Both the position numbers and the translations under genes were made by a program. From Myxococcota bacterium (GTDB lineage Bacteria > Myxococcota_A > Polyangia > Nannocystales > Nannocystaceae), in assembly GCA_039028615.1 (NCBI GenBank), contig JBCCHT010000058.1:10268-74267 (forward strand): a DNA stretch of 64,000 bases, in the 5' to 3' direction. The notes below the pieces were generated by a model. That model searched no databases, was not told the origin of the DNA, and saw only the letters and a program-made list of their open reading frames with translations. Positions within the stretch are counted from its first letter, which is position 1. The number at the start of each line of letters is the position of its first letter. Of this stretch, positions 30,666 through 42,034 are shown piece by piece.

Positions 30666-31766
30666 TCACTCGTACAGCGGCGCGCCCTCGGCCCCAATGG
30701 AGACCCGAAGGACGCGGCTGCCCAGCAGCTGGGTCATGTAGATCGAGCAGGGGTCGAAGCCTGGTCCCGCCCCGAACGCCAGGCTCGCGGGTGTCTGGAG
30801 CCCGTCGGCGACCAGCTCGCCCTTCGTCAGCTCGGTCACCGCACCGTCGACTCGCCAGATCTCACCGGGGATGTTGGCTGCGACGTAGACGAAGCCATCA
30901 GCGTCCACCGCGATCCCATCGGGGGTGCTCAGCGGCCCGAGGTGCATGATCTCGACCCCCGTGTCCTCGATCGGTGCTCCCGTCTCGTCGACATCGTAGC
31001 GGGTGAGCTGACCGAGCTTGGTGAACGTCGACGCCACGTAGAGCGTGTCGCCGCTGGGGCTGTACGCCATGCCGTTGGGCGAGGGCACGTTCTCGAGGGC
31101 CAGGCTCACGTCGCCTTCGTCCGTCACCCGGAACACCGTGGTCACGAAGTCGTCGGAGATGAGCGAGCTGCCGTCGGGCATGATCGTCACGAAGTTGGGG
31201 CTGTCGATCCCCGTCGCGATCTCCGTGGCTGCCCCCTTCGCATCGACCAGGTACACCGCGCCATCCGGCTCCTCCGCGACCCCGAACGCCGCCACCGTAA
31301 AGCCGCCGTCGGCCCGTCGCGCCAGCCCCAACGCCGTCGGCACGCTCGCGAACTCGCTGATGTTCCCGTCCGCGTCCAGCTGCCAGACCGTGCCGCCGTT
31401 GTCCATCGTCGTCACGTAGAGCAGCCCGTCCGCTCCGAACGCGAGGCCTTCGCTGCCGTCTTTGAAGCCGTTGTAGAACTCCTCCGACTCGCCGATCGGC
31501 AGGTCGTCCCAGCAACCCCCGACCCCGCCGCTGCTGCTGTCGGCGCTCGTATCCTCCGACTCACCCGCCGTCGTATCGCCCGTGGCCGGCGTCTCCTCGC
31601 CCGCCGTCGACGACGGTGTGCCCGTGTCGGCATCGGTGGACGACGTCGTGGAACCCGTAGATGCGTCCGTGCTCGTAGCTCCCGCGTCGTCGCCACATCC
31701 GGCGAAGGGCAGGAGCAACGCGGAGACGAGGGGAGCGAATGCGGGGCGGGGCAAGGTCAAGCGCAT
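30666..31766 (-). CDS. SMP-30/gluconolactonase family lipoprotein
   Basis: FAGC-GDD lipobox; SEGLAF, PNGMAYSP, PDGIAVDADG. Confidence 0.88.
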   Translation of the reverse strand: MRLTLPRPAFAPLVSALLLPFAGCGDDAGATSTDASTGSTTSSTDADTGTPSSTAGEETPATGDTTAGESEDTSADSSSGGVGGCWDDLPIGESEEFYNGFKDGSEGLAFGADGLLYVTTMDNGGTVWQLDADGNISEFASVPTALGLARRADGGFTVAAFGVAEEPDGAVYLVDAKGAATEIATGIDSPNFVTIMPDGSSLISDDFVTTVFRVTDEGDVSLALENVPSPNGMAYSPSGDTLYVASTFTKLGQLTRYDVDETGAPIEDTGVEIMHLGPLSTPDGIAVDADGFVYVAANIPGEIWRVDGAVTELTKGELVADGLQTPASLAFGAGPGFDPCSIYMTQLLGSRVLRVSIGAEGAPLYE

Positions 31767-31815
31767 GATTCGGCGGACGATATCACCGAGCCCACCGGGG
31801 CGCTCCGCGCCGCCT

Positions 31816-32703
31816 CTACGCGTTCGATCCGTCGTTGCCGAACTTCTTGCGGTTTCGCATCAACCCCTCTTGGGTGGTCGATGCCACGAGCGTGCCGTCG
31901 CGCGTGAACAGCTGCCCTCGCACCAAGCCCCGCGCTCCACTGGCAGAGGGGCTCTCGACGACGTGCAGCAGCCACTCGTCCATGCGGAACGGTCGGTGGA
32001 ACCACATCGCATGGTCGAGGCTGGCGACCTGCATGCCCGGGACCAGCCAAGACGTCGCGTGCGGCTGCATGGCGGTGGGTAGGAACTGGAAGTCGGAGAC
32101 GTAGGCCAGCAGGTAGCGGTGCAGCGCGGGGTCGTCGGGGAGCTCGTCGCTCGCGCGAAACCACACCGAGCGATGCGGCGGCCGAGGCTCGGGCGCGAGC
32201 GGGTTGCTCGGACGCACGGGTCGAATCTCGATGGGTCGCTCGGCGGTGGCCATCTTGCGGAGCTTGGCGGGGATCTTGTCGGCGAAGCGCTCGGCGAGCT
32301 CGCGCTCGGAGAGCAGCCCCTCGGGCCCCTTGGTCTCGGGCATCGGTGGGCTGTGGTCGTAGCCCTCTTCGATCACCTGGAACGACGCGGCCATGTTGAA
32401 GATGGCGCGGCCGTTCTGAATGGCGACCACGCGACGCGTGGTGAAGCTCCGGCCGTCGCGGATGCAGTCGACGTCGTAGACGACCGGGATGCTGGCGTCG
32501 CCCTGGCGCAAGAAGTAACCGTGGAGCGAGTGGACGACGCGTTCCTCGGGTACGGTCTGCGAGGCGGCGGACAGCGCCTGGCCGAGCACCTGTCCGCCAA
32601 AAATCGCGCCCCAGCCGAGATCCTGGCTCTGACCGCGAAAGAGGTTCTGTTCGATGCGTTCTAGCCGGAGGAGTTCGACGAGCTCTTGCAGGACGTTGGC
32701 CAT
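31816..32703 (-). CDS. tesB: Acyl-CoA thioesterase II
   Basis: LERIEQNLFRG, FGGQVLGQ, HSLHGYFL, RDGRSF, ASLDHAMWFH, QEGLMR. Confidence 0.95.
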   Translation of the reverse strand: MANVLQELVELLRLERIEQNLFRGQSQDLGWGAIFGGQVLGQALSAASQTVPEERVVHSLHGYFLRQGDASIPVVYDVDCIRDGRSFTTRRVVAIQNGRAIFNMAASFQVIEEGYDHSPPMPETKGPEGLLSERELAERFADKIPAKLRKMATAERPIEIRPVRPSNPLAPEPRPPHRSVWFRASDELPDDPALHRYLLAYVSDFQFLPTAMQPHATSWLVPGMQVASLDHAMWFHRPFRMDEWLLHVVESPSASGARGLVRGQLFTRDGTLVASTTQEGLMRNRKKFGNDGSNA

Positions 32704-32785
32704 GGCGTGCGTCCGATGGACATAGCACGCTCCGCGGCCGCAAGAAGGCAGCCCCACCCGGCAGGATTGCAGGTGGGGCCGGCCA

Positions 32786-33358
32786 CTACGCCTGGCAGCG
32801 GTAGTGGGTGCCGCCCTTGTCCATGATCTCGGTGCAGACGGTGCCCATGGGGCACTCGCAGTCGTCCTCGCAGATGATCTGGCAGGTGTCCATGGGGGCG
32901 AAGGCGCCAGAGGGCTGGCACGTGTACGCGGGGGGACAGGCCATGCCCATGGGGCCGCAGTCCTGCCCGATCGCAGCGCCGTCGGCCAGGGGCTCGCACA
33001 TGTCACCCGAGGAGCTCCCGCTTTCCGAGGAGCTGCCTTCGCCGGTCGAGGTGCCGTCGTCGCCCGTGGAGCTACCTTCGCCTTCGCCGGTCGAGTCGGT
33101 GTCCGAGGGAGGCCCGACGGTGGTGCCACCGGGCTCGCTCGAGGTGCCGTCGTCCATGCCGCCCCCGGAAGTGCCGTCGTCCTTGCCCCCGGTGTCTCCG
33201 GCGGCGTCGGTGGTCGCGTTGGCGCTGGTGATGCCTCCGGTGGTTCCGGCGGCTCCAGAGTCGTTGTCTTCGGTTTGGGGAACGATGCCGTCGTCGGAGC
33301 AGGCTCCGAGGGCTACGGCCAGGGAAATTGCACAGGCAAAGCGAAACGGGACGCGCAT
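32786..33358 (-). CDS. Small lipoprotein with T/S/G stalk and C-terminal Cys domain
   Basis: LGAC-SDD lipobox; Cys-rich C-terminus. Confidence 0.8.
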   Translation of the reverse strand: MRVPFRFACAISLAVALGACSDDGIVPQTEDNDSGAAGTTGGITSANATTDAAGDTGGKDDGTSGGGMDDGTSSEPGGTTVGPPSDTDSTGEGEGSSTGDDGTSTGEGSSSESGSSSGDMCEPLADGAAIGQDCGPMGMACPPAYTCQPSGAFAPMDTCQIICEDDCECPMGTVCTEIMDKGGTHYRCQA

Positions 33359-33552
33359 GATTTCAGACTCAGTCTCAAGGCAAATAAAAGCGCATCCACG
33401 GTATCACGACGGGCCGGCAATTAGGGTGCAACCAAGGCGCACAGGGTCCGTCTTGGGGGGTGACCACACCGACTGACGCCAAGGGCGGCGTCCCCCGGTT
33501 TTGGCCGGGTGGCGCCGTCTGTCGTTCATCGCTCGGTCTGGCCCGGTTCACG

Positions 33553-33930
33553 ATGCGTTGGTTGGTCACCATTCTCGGCTTGGCAGGCAGCGCAGCCGCA
33601 GGCCACCTGGGTCGACGATGGATCGCGGAGGCCGGACGCTCGACAGTGGGCGCGCTCACGCCCGCGGGATCGCACGATGCGGTGGTGCTGGCGATGACGG
33701 GCTATGTGCTGCTGGGCAGCATGGTCGCGGCGATCTTCGGGAGCGTGCTCGCCTGCCAACGACGCGGTCGCGCAGCGGGCACGGTGCTGCTGGTGGCCGG
33801 CGTGGTGCCGGGGATCTTCGACCTGCGCGCGTTCATGGTGACGTGCGTGCTGATCATGGCGTCGATGCTGGCCTACGGGCTCACGCAGCCGGGACGCCCG
33901 TGGTCGGCACGCTTCAACGCGGGCTCGTGA
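33553..33930 (+). CDS. Small membrane protein
   Basis: Four hydrophobic segments. Confidence 0.6.
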   Translation: MRWLVTILGLAGSAAAGHLGRRWIAEAGRSTVGALTPAGSHDAVVLAMTGYVLLGSMVAAIFGSVLACQRRGRAAGTVLLVAGVVPGIFDLRAFMVTCVLIMASMLAYGLTQPGRPWSARFNAGS

Positions 33931-33996
33931 TCGCGCCCGCCGGGCCAGGTTCGAGTCTCGGAGCCCGCGGCGGCATCCATCTGGCACCATGGGGGG

Positions 33997-34836
33997 GTGA
34001 GGTCGTCCGCATTCGTCTTCGCGGTTCTCGTCGGGTCGTTGGCCGGAAGCGGCTGCACCGACGACGGCATGACACCCAGCGCGTCGGGTTCGAGCACGGC
34101 CTCCACGGAGGACACGTCCGGCGAGCCGCCCGTGACCCCGGCCGATGACGGCTCAGGAGAGCTCCCGAGCACGAGCACGGGCACGGAAACGTCGGTAGGC
34201 GGTACACAGGGGTCGATCCCGCGCTGCGAGATGCCGATGCCCATCCCCGACGGACCCGATTGTACGAATGCCACGGGCGTGCACGAGGGCAGCCTCATTC
34301 TCGAGGAGGGGATGGCCGCTCCCGAGGCCCTGGTGGGTATTCGCGAGGTGACGGGCTCGGTGCGAATCAACCGGCTCGACATCACCGACCTGGACTTCAT
34401 GCAGTGCCTGGAAGTCGTGGGCGGCGACCTGACGATCTTCGGCAACGAGCAGCTCACCAGTGTCGATGGGCTATGGAGCCTGACCGAGGTCGGCACCCGC
34501 TTCGTGTTCACCGACAACGATGCGCTCACGGAGTTCGATGGCCTGCCCAACATCACCACCATCGGCGAGAACCTGCATTTTCGTCGCAACGCGGCGCTGA
34601 CGTCGATCCGCGGGTTCCAGCAGCTCACCGAGCTCGACAACCTCACCATCCAGGACAACCCCGTGCTGAGCGACATCGATGGTCTCGGCGGCCTGACGAC
34701 CATGACGGGGAACTTCGTGGTGACGGCCAATCCGATGCTGTGCATCAGCAGCGTGAACTGTGTCGGCGAAGGCATCACGATGCCGGCCGCGCCCTCGCGC
34801 GACTGGTCGACCGACGGCAACGACGAAGGGTGCTGA
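33997..34836 (+). CDS. Receptor L-domain / leucine-rich beta-helix lipoprotein
   Basis: GSGC-TDD lipobox; repeats of LxIxxNxxLxxLxGLxxLxxV. Confidence 0.85.
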   Translation: MRSSAFVFAVLVGSLAGSGCTDDGMTPSASGSSTASTEDTSGEPPVTPADDGSGELPSTSTGTETSVGGTQGSIPRCEMPMPIPDGPDCTNATGVHEGSLILEEGMAAPEALVGIREVTGSVRINRLDITDLDFMQCLEVVGGDLTIFGNEQLTSVDGLWSLTEVGTRFVFTDNDALTEFDGLPNITTIGENLHFRRNAALTSIRGFQQLTELDNLTIQDNPVLSDIDGLGGLTTMTGNFVVTANPMLCISSVNCVGEGITMPAAPSRDWSTDGNDEGC

Positions 34837-34842
34837 AGGGGA

Positions 34843-35781
34843 ATGCGCATGCTCGATTTTCATCGTCAACTGTCCGCTCTCGGGGTCGTGCTGCTCGCCG
34901 CCGCCTGTGGTCCTTCGCAGACGGTCCCCACCCGTACTTCGGGGGCATCGGAGGGCACCACCGTCGGTGAGCCCACGCCCGATCCGAGCGCGACCGGGGG
35001 CGAAACGACGGCCGTCTCGCCGATGACCACGATGGCGGACACGACACTCGGCGCCAGCACCGACGAAGGGGGTGGGTTCATCCCCGTGCCCGACGGCGGC
35101 GGTGATGGTTCCGAGTGCGACCCCTTCTTGCAGGACTGCCCAGTGGGACAAAAATGCAACCCGTGGGCCAACGATGCCGGTTTCTGGAACGACTACCGCT
35201 GTGTGCCCGTGGCCGACGATGCGGGTCAGGCCGGTGACCCCTGCACGGTCGAGGAGTCGATCGCCAGTGGCCTCGATGACTGTGAACTCGGGGCCATGTG
35301 CTGGGAGATCGATGACGAGACGCTGACCGGCGTGTGTCGGAATCTGTGCACGGGCACGCCCAGCGATCCCTTCTGCGAAGACCCGAGTGAGTACTGCGCC
35401 ATCACGAGCGACGCCACGATCACGCTGTGCCTGTTCGCGTGCGATCCGCTGCAACAAGACTGCGAGCCGGGGCAAGCGTGCTATCCGATCAACAGTCGTT
35501 GGTCCTGCGCCCCCGATGCCTCGCGTCGTGCGGGTGCCTACGGCGACCAGTGCAAGTTCATCAACGTGTGCGACCCGGGGCTCGTGTGTCTCGCGGCGGC
35601 AGCGACCCCCGGTTGCGAGGGGGCCCAGGGGTGTTGCAGCGAGATCTGTGATCTCTCGGACCCGGCCGGGGATGAACAGTGCATCGGCGCACCCGAAGGC
35701 CAGACGTGTCAGGCCTGGTGGAAGCCGGGGGAAGCGCCCCCGGGGTACAAAAACGTCGGGGTCTGTGCCTTGCCACAGTGA
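34843..35781 (+). CDS. Cys-rich lipoprotein
   Basis: Lipobox LAAAC; duplicated CDPxxQDC modules. Confidence 0.85.
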   Translation: MRMLDFHRQLSALGVVLLAAACGPSQTVPTRTSGASEGTTVGEPTPDPSATGGETTAVSPMTTMADTTLGASTDEGGGFIPVPDGGGDGSECDPFLQDCPVGQKCNPWANDAGFWNDYRCVPVADDAGQAGDPCTVEESIASGLDDCELGAMCWEIDDETLTGVCRNLCTGTPSDPFCEDPSEYCAITSDATITLCLFACDPLQQDCEPGQACYPINSRWSCAPDASRRAGAYGDQCKFINVCDPGLVCLAAAATPGCEGAQGCCSEICDLSDPAGDEQCIGAPEGQTCQAWWKPGEAPPGYKNVGVCALPQ

Positions 35782-35826
35782 CTCCGGTCTTCGTCACAGT
35801 TTTGCGTCAGCCCTAGTCCTCGCTCC

Positions 35827-36483
35827 ATGGCGGAGGCAAGCTCTGCGCCCGTGAACACCGCTCGTGTCGCTCTGCATCCTGCGCTGCACTCCTACGTTGA
35901 GCGAGCGTTGCCCGCGATCGAGACCCTCGAGCCCGCGCGCCGCGAGCTCCTCGACTCGATCGCGGCGTTCGTGAAGCAGCAGATCGCAGCGGGAGAGCCC
36001 GCGCGCCTGGTCTTCATCTGCACGCACAACTCTCGTCGCTCGCATATCGGGCAGCTGTGGGCGAGCGCGGCCGCGGCGTGGCACGGGCTCGAGGGCGTGG
36101 AGACGTTCTCGGGCGGCACGGAGGCGACGGCCTTCAATCCGCGGGCCGTGGCGGCGATGCGTGACGCGGGCTTCGAGATCGAGGCGACGACCGAGGGCGA
36201 CAATCCCCGCTACCGAGCGACGGTGGCCGAGGACGGCCTGGCCCTCGAGGTGTTCTCGAAGCGCTACGACGACCCGGCGAACCCTACGCGAGACTTCGCC
36301 GCGGTGATGACCTGCACCGAGGCAGACCAGGCGTGCCCCCACGTCGAGGGGGCCGCGCTGCGGATCGCATTGCCGTACGTCGACCCGAAGATCTCCGACG
36401 ACACACCCGAGCAAGCGCGGATCTACGGCGAGCGCGTGCGGCAGATCGGCATCGAGATGCTGTATCTGTTCTCGCGAGTGTGA
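35827..36483 (+). CDS. LMW protein-tyrosine phosphatase / ArsC-like protein
   Basis: FICTHNSRRS P-loop (CX5R), SGGTE, MTCTEADQACP, YVDPK. Confidence 0.88.
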   Translation: MAEASSAPVNTARVALHPALHSYVERALPAIETLEPARRELLDSIAAFVKQQIAAGEPARLVFICTHNSRRSHIGQLWASAAAAWHGLEGVETFSGGTEATAFNPRAVAAMRDAGFEIEATTEGDNPRYRATVAEDGLALEVFSKRYDDPANPTRDFAAVMTCTEADQACPHVEGAALRIALPYVDPKISDDTPEQARIYGERVRQIGIEMLYLFSRV

Positions 36484-36488
36484 GCGAC

Positions 36489-37505
<1,017 letters not shown>

Positions 37506-37845
37506 CGTCGTTCGTGCTCCAATCCGAAAAGCCATACTCGGTGAGGTCCGAAAATATGACGCGCGGCTTGAAGTGTTCTCCTTACACGATAGTAGTGCTG
37601 CAAACGCCGAAAGCGATTGCGAAAAACTCGAATTGGACCCAAAGACTCGCCTGAAACAACGAACGGGCGCTTCAATCGGGTCGTGCGAAAAAAGCGAAAA
37701 TGCACGGCCGCCGATCAGCGCACGGCGCGATTGCCCCCCGGCGACCGGGGATGGCCCGAAATGACTAGTTTTTCGATGCGCCACTCGTTGTCTCCGACGT
37801 AGATCGGCCCTCGAGGAGCACTACGGCCGGCCGCGCTAGGCTTCG

Positions 37846-38805
37846 GTGATGCCTCGTTGCGCCGCCCTGGACGCCCTGCGAGAGCACGTCCCCGAGGAAG
37901 CGATCGAGTCGGCGCGGTCCTCGTCCCTGGCGGAGGTGACGGCGATGCTCCGGGACGAGCACGGCCTGTCGCTGTACACCGACTCGACGGGGGGTTTCGA
38001 TACGCATGCCATCGCGTGGTGGGAGCGGCCGAGCACCCATCGCACCGTGCTCCCGGTGGCCGCCGACTTCCACTGGCTCCCCGCACCCCTCCACGATTCG
38101 CTGCGCTCGCTGCTGTCGGCCGAGGTCCGGCTGGTCTACCAGTGGCCGACCGCGGGCGATGGCTCGGCCCCGTGGGTGGTCATGGACGTCTCCACCGAGG
38201 CCTTCGTCTCGCTGGGCCTCGCGTACGAGACCCCGGGCACACCGGTGCTCATCGCCGATCGTTCCGGTGAGCACTGGCTGTTGCCCTCTCCCGGAGGCCA
38301 GCTGACCGCGGTCCTGACCGACGCGCCCCTCACCGCTCGGTCGGAGCGCCTGGTGACCCCGTGGCAGGTCCCGCTGCTCGAGCTCGAGGTCCCGGGTTCG
38401 ATCCTCGACCTCGACCTCGAGCCCGCCGCTTGGTTCGATCCGAGCCCGCGCCGGCTCCGGTACGACGACGGGTCTCGGACCTGCCTGGCGGCGGCGCTCG
38501 AGACCATCCGTTGGTCGCTCCAGCGGGCGTATCGCGACGGGGACCCTTCGACATCCTCGCTCGAGGACCGGATCTACGCCGTGTTCCGTGCCCTCGCGGA
38601 GTCCGAGGACGAGGTCGAGTTCGAGGTCGCCTCCCCGCTCGACCCACCGGCCGCGGCCCCTCGAATTCGGCGCCTGCGTGACGTCGTGCTCTCCGCCCTG
38701 CTGCGGTGGCACGATCTGCACCGCGACGTCTGGAGCGGTCCCGAGGACGCGGACAACGAGCTCGCCGAGCTCGCCGAGCAGTGGCACCGCGACCTCTCCC
38801 GGTGA
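37846..38805 (+). CDS. Hypothetical protein
   Basis: 319-aa ORF with genome-typical codon bias; no motif recognised. Confidence 0.65.
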   Translation: MMPRCAALDALREHVPEEAIESARSSSLAEVTAMLRDEHGLSLYTDSTGGFDTHAIAWWERPSTHRTVLPVAADFHWLPAPLHDSLRSLLSAEVRLVYQWPTAGDGSAPWVVMDVSTEAFVSLGLAYETPGTPVLIADRSGEHWLLPSPGGQLTAVLTDAPLTARSERLVTPWQVPLLELEVPGSILDLDLEPAAWFDPSPRRLRYDDGSRTCLAAALETIRWSLQRAYRDGDPSTSSLEDRIYAVFRALAESEDEVEFEVASPLDPPAAAPRIRRLRDVVLSALLRWHDLHRDVWSGPEDADNELAELAEQWHRDLSR

Positions 38806-38979
38806 CGCGACCGTATTCGAGGGAGCTCAACCCGGTCGAACGATGGTTTCGTACTGCTCACCGAACGCGCCATCCAACGCTCTGCGCGCTTGCCAGCTCA
38901 GCCTTGAACTCCGGGACACGCCGCGGATTGCGGACTCACCGCACTCACGCTCATCTCAAAAACCCTCGTGGGATGAGCT

Positions 38980-39846
38980 TTAATCGCCGGCATCGAAGCA
39001 TGCGGCTTCGACGACCTCGATCGCTCGCGTGAAGGCGACCGAGTAGTCGCCACAGACCGGGGCGACGAAGCTGTGCTCGAACATGGTGATGAAGTCGTGG
39101 AGCTGGAGCGCCTCGACGGCGTGACCGGCGAGCGAGCAATCGGTGCCGGGCTCGTTGACGAGGCCCACGAGCACCACGTTGTCGGAGCGGCCGAGCTTGG
39201 CCTCGACGAGCTTTTCGTAGCGATGCTCGACGGGGCCGGGGTCGTCTTCGTCGGTGACGATCACGACGACCAGCAGCGCGTCATCGCGCACGAAGCCTTC
39301 GTTGCACTCACCCTCGCCGTGAAACTTGGTGACGGCGGAGGTCAGGGCCTCGAGGGGATTTTCGGTGGTGCTGCCGCTGGTGCCGACCTGCGCCGTGCAG
39401 GGGAACGCGGTGGCCAGGTCGTCCTGCTCGGTCATGTAGCGGTGGCCCTCGGCGAAGGGGCCGCACTCCGCTTCGCTCGAGGCGTAGCCGATGGTGCTGG
39501 TCACCAACCCACCGAGGGCGAAGCACTCTTCCGGGTTGGCGGCGTAGACGTCGGTGGTCACCACGCCCACGTGCACGCTGTCGAGCGTGGCCTGGCTGCG
39601 CTGTACTCCGTCGATGAAGACGCCGAAGTTCTCGATCAGCCGGCGTTGGTTGTCGCCCATGCTGGCCGAGTTATCGATGACGAACAGGTAGTCGACCTTG
39701 CGGCAGCCCTCGGCGACGGGGTCTTCTTCGAGGTCGAGCTCGTCGAGGAATTCGCGTTCGAAGACGTCGACGGGGGTGCGGCCGCAGCTCGCCGACAGGC
39801 CCGCCACGAGCGCGAACGACAGCGGAGCGAGGCGAGCCACCTCCAA
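38980..39846 (-). CDS. VWA-domain lipoprotein
   Basis: DYLFVIDNSASM (MIDAS), VGVVTTD, VIVTDEDD. Confidence 0.85.
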   Translation of the reverse strand: MEVARLAPLSFALVAGLSASCGRTPVDVFEREFLDELDLEEDPVAEGCRKVDYLFVIDNSASMGDNQRRLIENFGVFIDGVQRSQATLDSVHVGVVTTDVYAANPEECFALGGLVTSTIGYASSEAECGPFAEGHRYMTEQDDLATAFPCTAQVGTSGSTTENPLEALTSAVTKFHGEGECNEGFVRDDALLVVVIVTDEDDPGPVEHRYEKLVEAKLGRSDNVVLVGLVNEPGTDCSLAGHAVEALQLHDFITMFEHSFVAPVCGDYSVAFTRAIEVVEAACFDAGD

Positions 39847-40139
39847 GCAATCGCACGACGCGCAGCCAACTTACAGTGCTTTTGCGACACGACGGACCGC
39901 GCAGAGCAGGCCCGGGTGCGACCGAGGTCCGAGCGCGAACGCGAGTGCGCAACGGACCAACGCTTTAGCGTCGAAACGGGATGGAGTGGTCGAGCGCCGT
40001 CCGTTGTCTGAGGGTCAATACATGCTCTGACGTTCGACTAATCTTGGGGGATGTTGCGAAAATCGCGCGGTGCCGACGCCGCGAATTCTCTCATCTGAGG
40101 GGGCCCTACGCGCCGGTTTGGGTGCGTACCATTGCCGCC

Positions 40140-41933
40140 ATGACGTGGATTACCGCTCGTGATCAGCTCACCTTGCCGCTCGCGTCCGCCCTGCTGCTGG
40201 CGTTGTCGGCCTGCGGCGACGACGGAGGCAACGCGGACACCAACGGCGCGAGCTCGACGGGGACCAACACCATGGCGTCGACGGGGACGCCCACGCCCGA
40301 CCCGGCCACCACCACCACGGGCGAGGATGCGACGGCCGAAGCCACGGCCGACGAGACCGGCACCGACGAAACGACGGGCGGTGGCAACACCAACACGTTC
40401 TGCGAGGACGAAGGCCTGCCCGTGGCTCCGCTGGCCGATGCCGAGGGCACGGACTGGGGCCAAGTGGCGGGTACCTTCGCGGTGGAGACGACCTTCGGGC
40501 CCTTCGACCTGGCGCAAGAGTACAGCGGCTGCGAGAACTACATCTTCTTCAACGACGTCGGCGATGGCACGAGCAACGGCCTGCAGGACACGATGAGCGA
40601 GGACCTGTTCCTGCGCTCGGCCAGGAACGTGCACTACTTCTTCCTGACCTCGTCGGGCGACGCGGCCGCGGGGGCGAAGAACTGGCAGTCGATCGTCGGC
40701 GGGGCGCTGTTCAACGTGCCCGAGGCCGACCAGGCGTACTGGACCGAGCGCGTGCACTTCGTGACCGACGACCCGGCCAGCATCGCGGGCAGCGTGGGCG
40801 CGTTCGTGTCCGCCAACCCCAACCAGGCGGTGTTCGGCATCGACCGTGCGCAGACCTGGGACAACCCGGGCTCGACCAGCGACACCACCACGGGGGCCTT
40901 TGCCACCACCGCGGGGGTGCTGGGCTACGTGGCTCGCTACTACAACTTCCGCTACGAGCAGGACCAGTGGGTCGACAGCCTCGACGCCACCGAGGTCCCG
41001 ATGATCGACAACGTCGAGTTCACCCCCGACTGCGTCCAGGGCGAAGAGTGCTTCGACACGCAAAACGGCCCGTTCTCCAACAGCAACAACTGGCAGCCGT
41101 GGCCGGTCGAGTTCCCCGATGCGGCGACCATGGCCGGCTTCGACACCATGGACCTGATGATCACCGCGACCTGCGGGCCCAGCTCGTACGCCGACTGTGG
41201 CCACTGGGACTACGAGGCGGTGGTCAACCTGTGTGAGAACGAGACCTGCGAGGGGGGCAACCGCGAGGTCGCTCGCTGGATCACCCCGTACTCGCGTCCC
41301 GGTCGACGTCGCTGGGTCATCGACGCCACGCCCATGCTGGGCATGGTGGCCGACGGCGGCACGCACTACTTCAACTTCGGGATGATCTGGAACATGAACC
41401 CCTCGGTCTGGGACCTGCGCTTCATGCTGCGCAACGAGGGGCGCGACGACAGCTCGGCCGAGGTCGTCACCGCGTTCTCGGGCAACCGAGGCTTCAACGA
41501 CACCTACAACGACGCCTGGGAGACCGTGGAGTTCACGCCGCCGGCCGGGACCACCCGGGTCGAGCTGGTGGCGATCATCTCGGGTCACGGGCAGGACGAC
41601 GGCAACTGTGCCGAGTGGTGCAACCACCAGCACGAGTTCACGGTCAACGGCACCGACACCCACCTGCGGGAGTTCCCCGGCCAGGTCATCGCTCAGCGCT
41701 GCGCCGACGCGGTGGACGAGGGCGTGGTGCCCGGGCAGTGGGGCAACTGGACGCCGGGTCGCGCGGGCTGGTGCCCGGGTCAACCGGTGCAGCCCTGGCG
41801 CATGGACATCACCGACCAAGTGACCATCGATGCGGTCAACACCCTGGACTACCAAGGCCTGTACAACAACGTGCCGGTCACGGGGAACCGCGGGCGGATT
41901 CGCCTGAGCAGCTACGTGGTGTTCTACCAGTAG
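40140..41933 (+). CDS. Peptide-N-glycosidase F-like lipoprotein
   Basis: LSAC-GDD lipobox; CGHWDY, EVARWITPY, SGHG, CAEWC, RAGWCPG. Confidence 0.85.
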   Translation: MTWITARDQLTLPLASALLLALSACGDDGGNADTNGASSTGTNTMASTGTPTPDPATTTTGEDATAEATADETGTDETTGGGNTNTFCEDEGLPVAPLADAEGTDWGQVAGTFAVETTFGPFDLAQEYSGCENYIFFNDVGDGTSNGLQDTMSEDLFLRSARNVHYFFLTSSGDAAAGAKNWQSIVGGALFNVPEADQAYWTERVHFVTDDPASIAGSVGAFVSANPNQAVFGIDRAQTWDNPGSTSDTTTGAFATTAGVLGYVARYYNFRYEQDQWVDSLDATEVPMIDNVEFTPDCVQGEECFDTQNGPFSNSNNWQPWPVEFPDAATMAGFDTMDLMITATCGPSSYADCGHWDYEAVVNLCENETCEGGNREVARWITPYSRPGRRRWVIDATPMLGMVADGGTHYFNFGMIWNMNPSVWDLRFMLRNEGRDDSSAEVVTAFSGNRGFNDTYNDAWETVEFTPPAGTTRVELVAIISGHGQDDGNCAEWCNHQHEFTVNGTDTHLREFPGQVIAQRCADAVDEGVVPGQWGNWTPGRAGWCPGQPVQPWRMDITDQVTIDAVNTLDYQGLYNNVPVTGNRGRIRLSSYVVFYQ

Positions 41934-41957
41934 CCCGCTTGGCACGATTCGCGAAAA

Positions 41958-41994
41958 CGAAGGGACGTGACGCGCTTGCGCTCACGTCCCTTCG
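41958..41994 (+). terminator. Putative terminator hairpin
   Basis: 13-bp stem CGAAGGGACGTGA/TCACGTCCCTTCG about 25 nt after the stop codon, with a weak T tract. Confidence 0.55.
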
Positions 41995-42034
41995 CATTTG
42001 CCCCGACCCCAACCACCTGACAGGCTGAAGCGGA

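Noticed and set aside
33945..33962. GGTTCGAGTC tRNA-like motif
   Set aside because: The flanks do not form a T-stem or a cloverleaf.
35827..36483. Arsenic resistance operon
   Set aside because: No arsR, arsB or acr3 nearby; only a lone CX5R-family gene.
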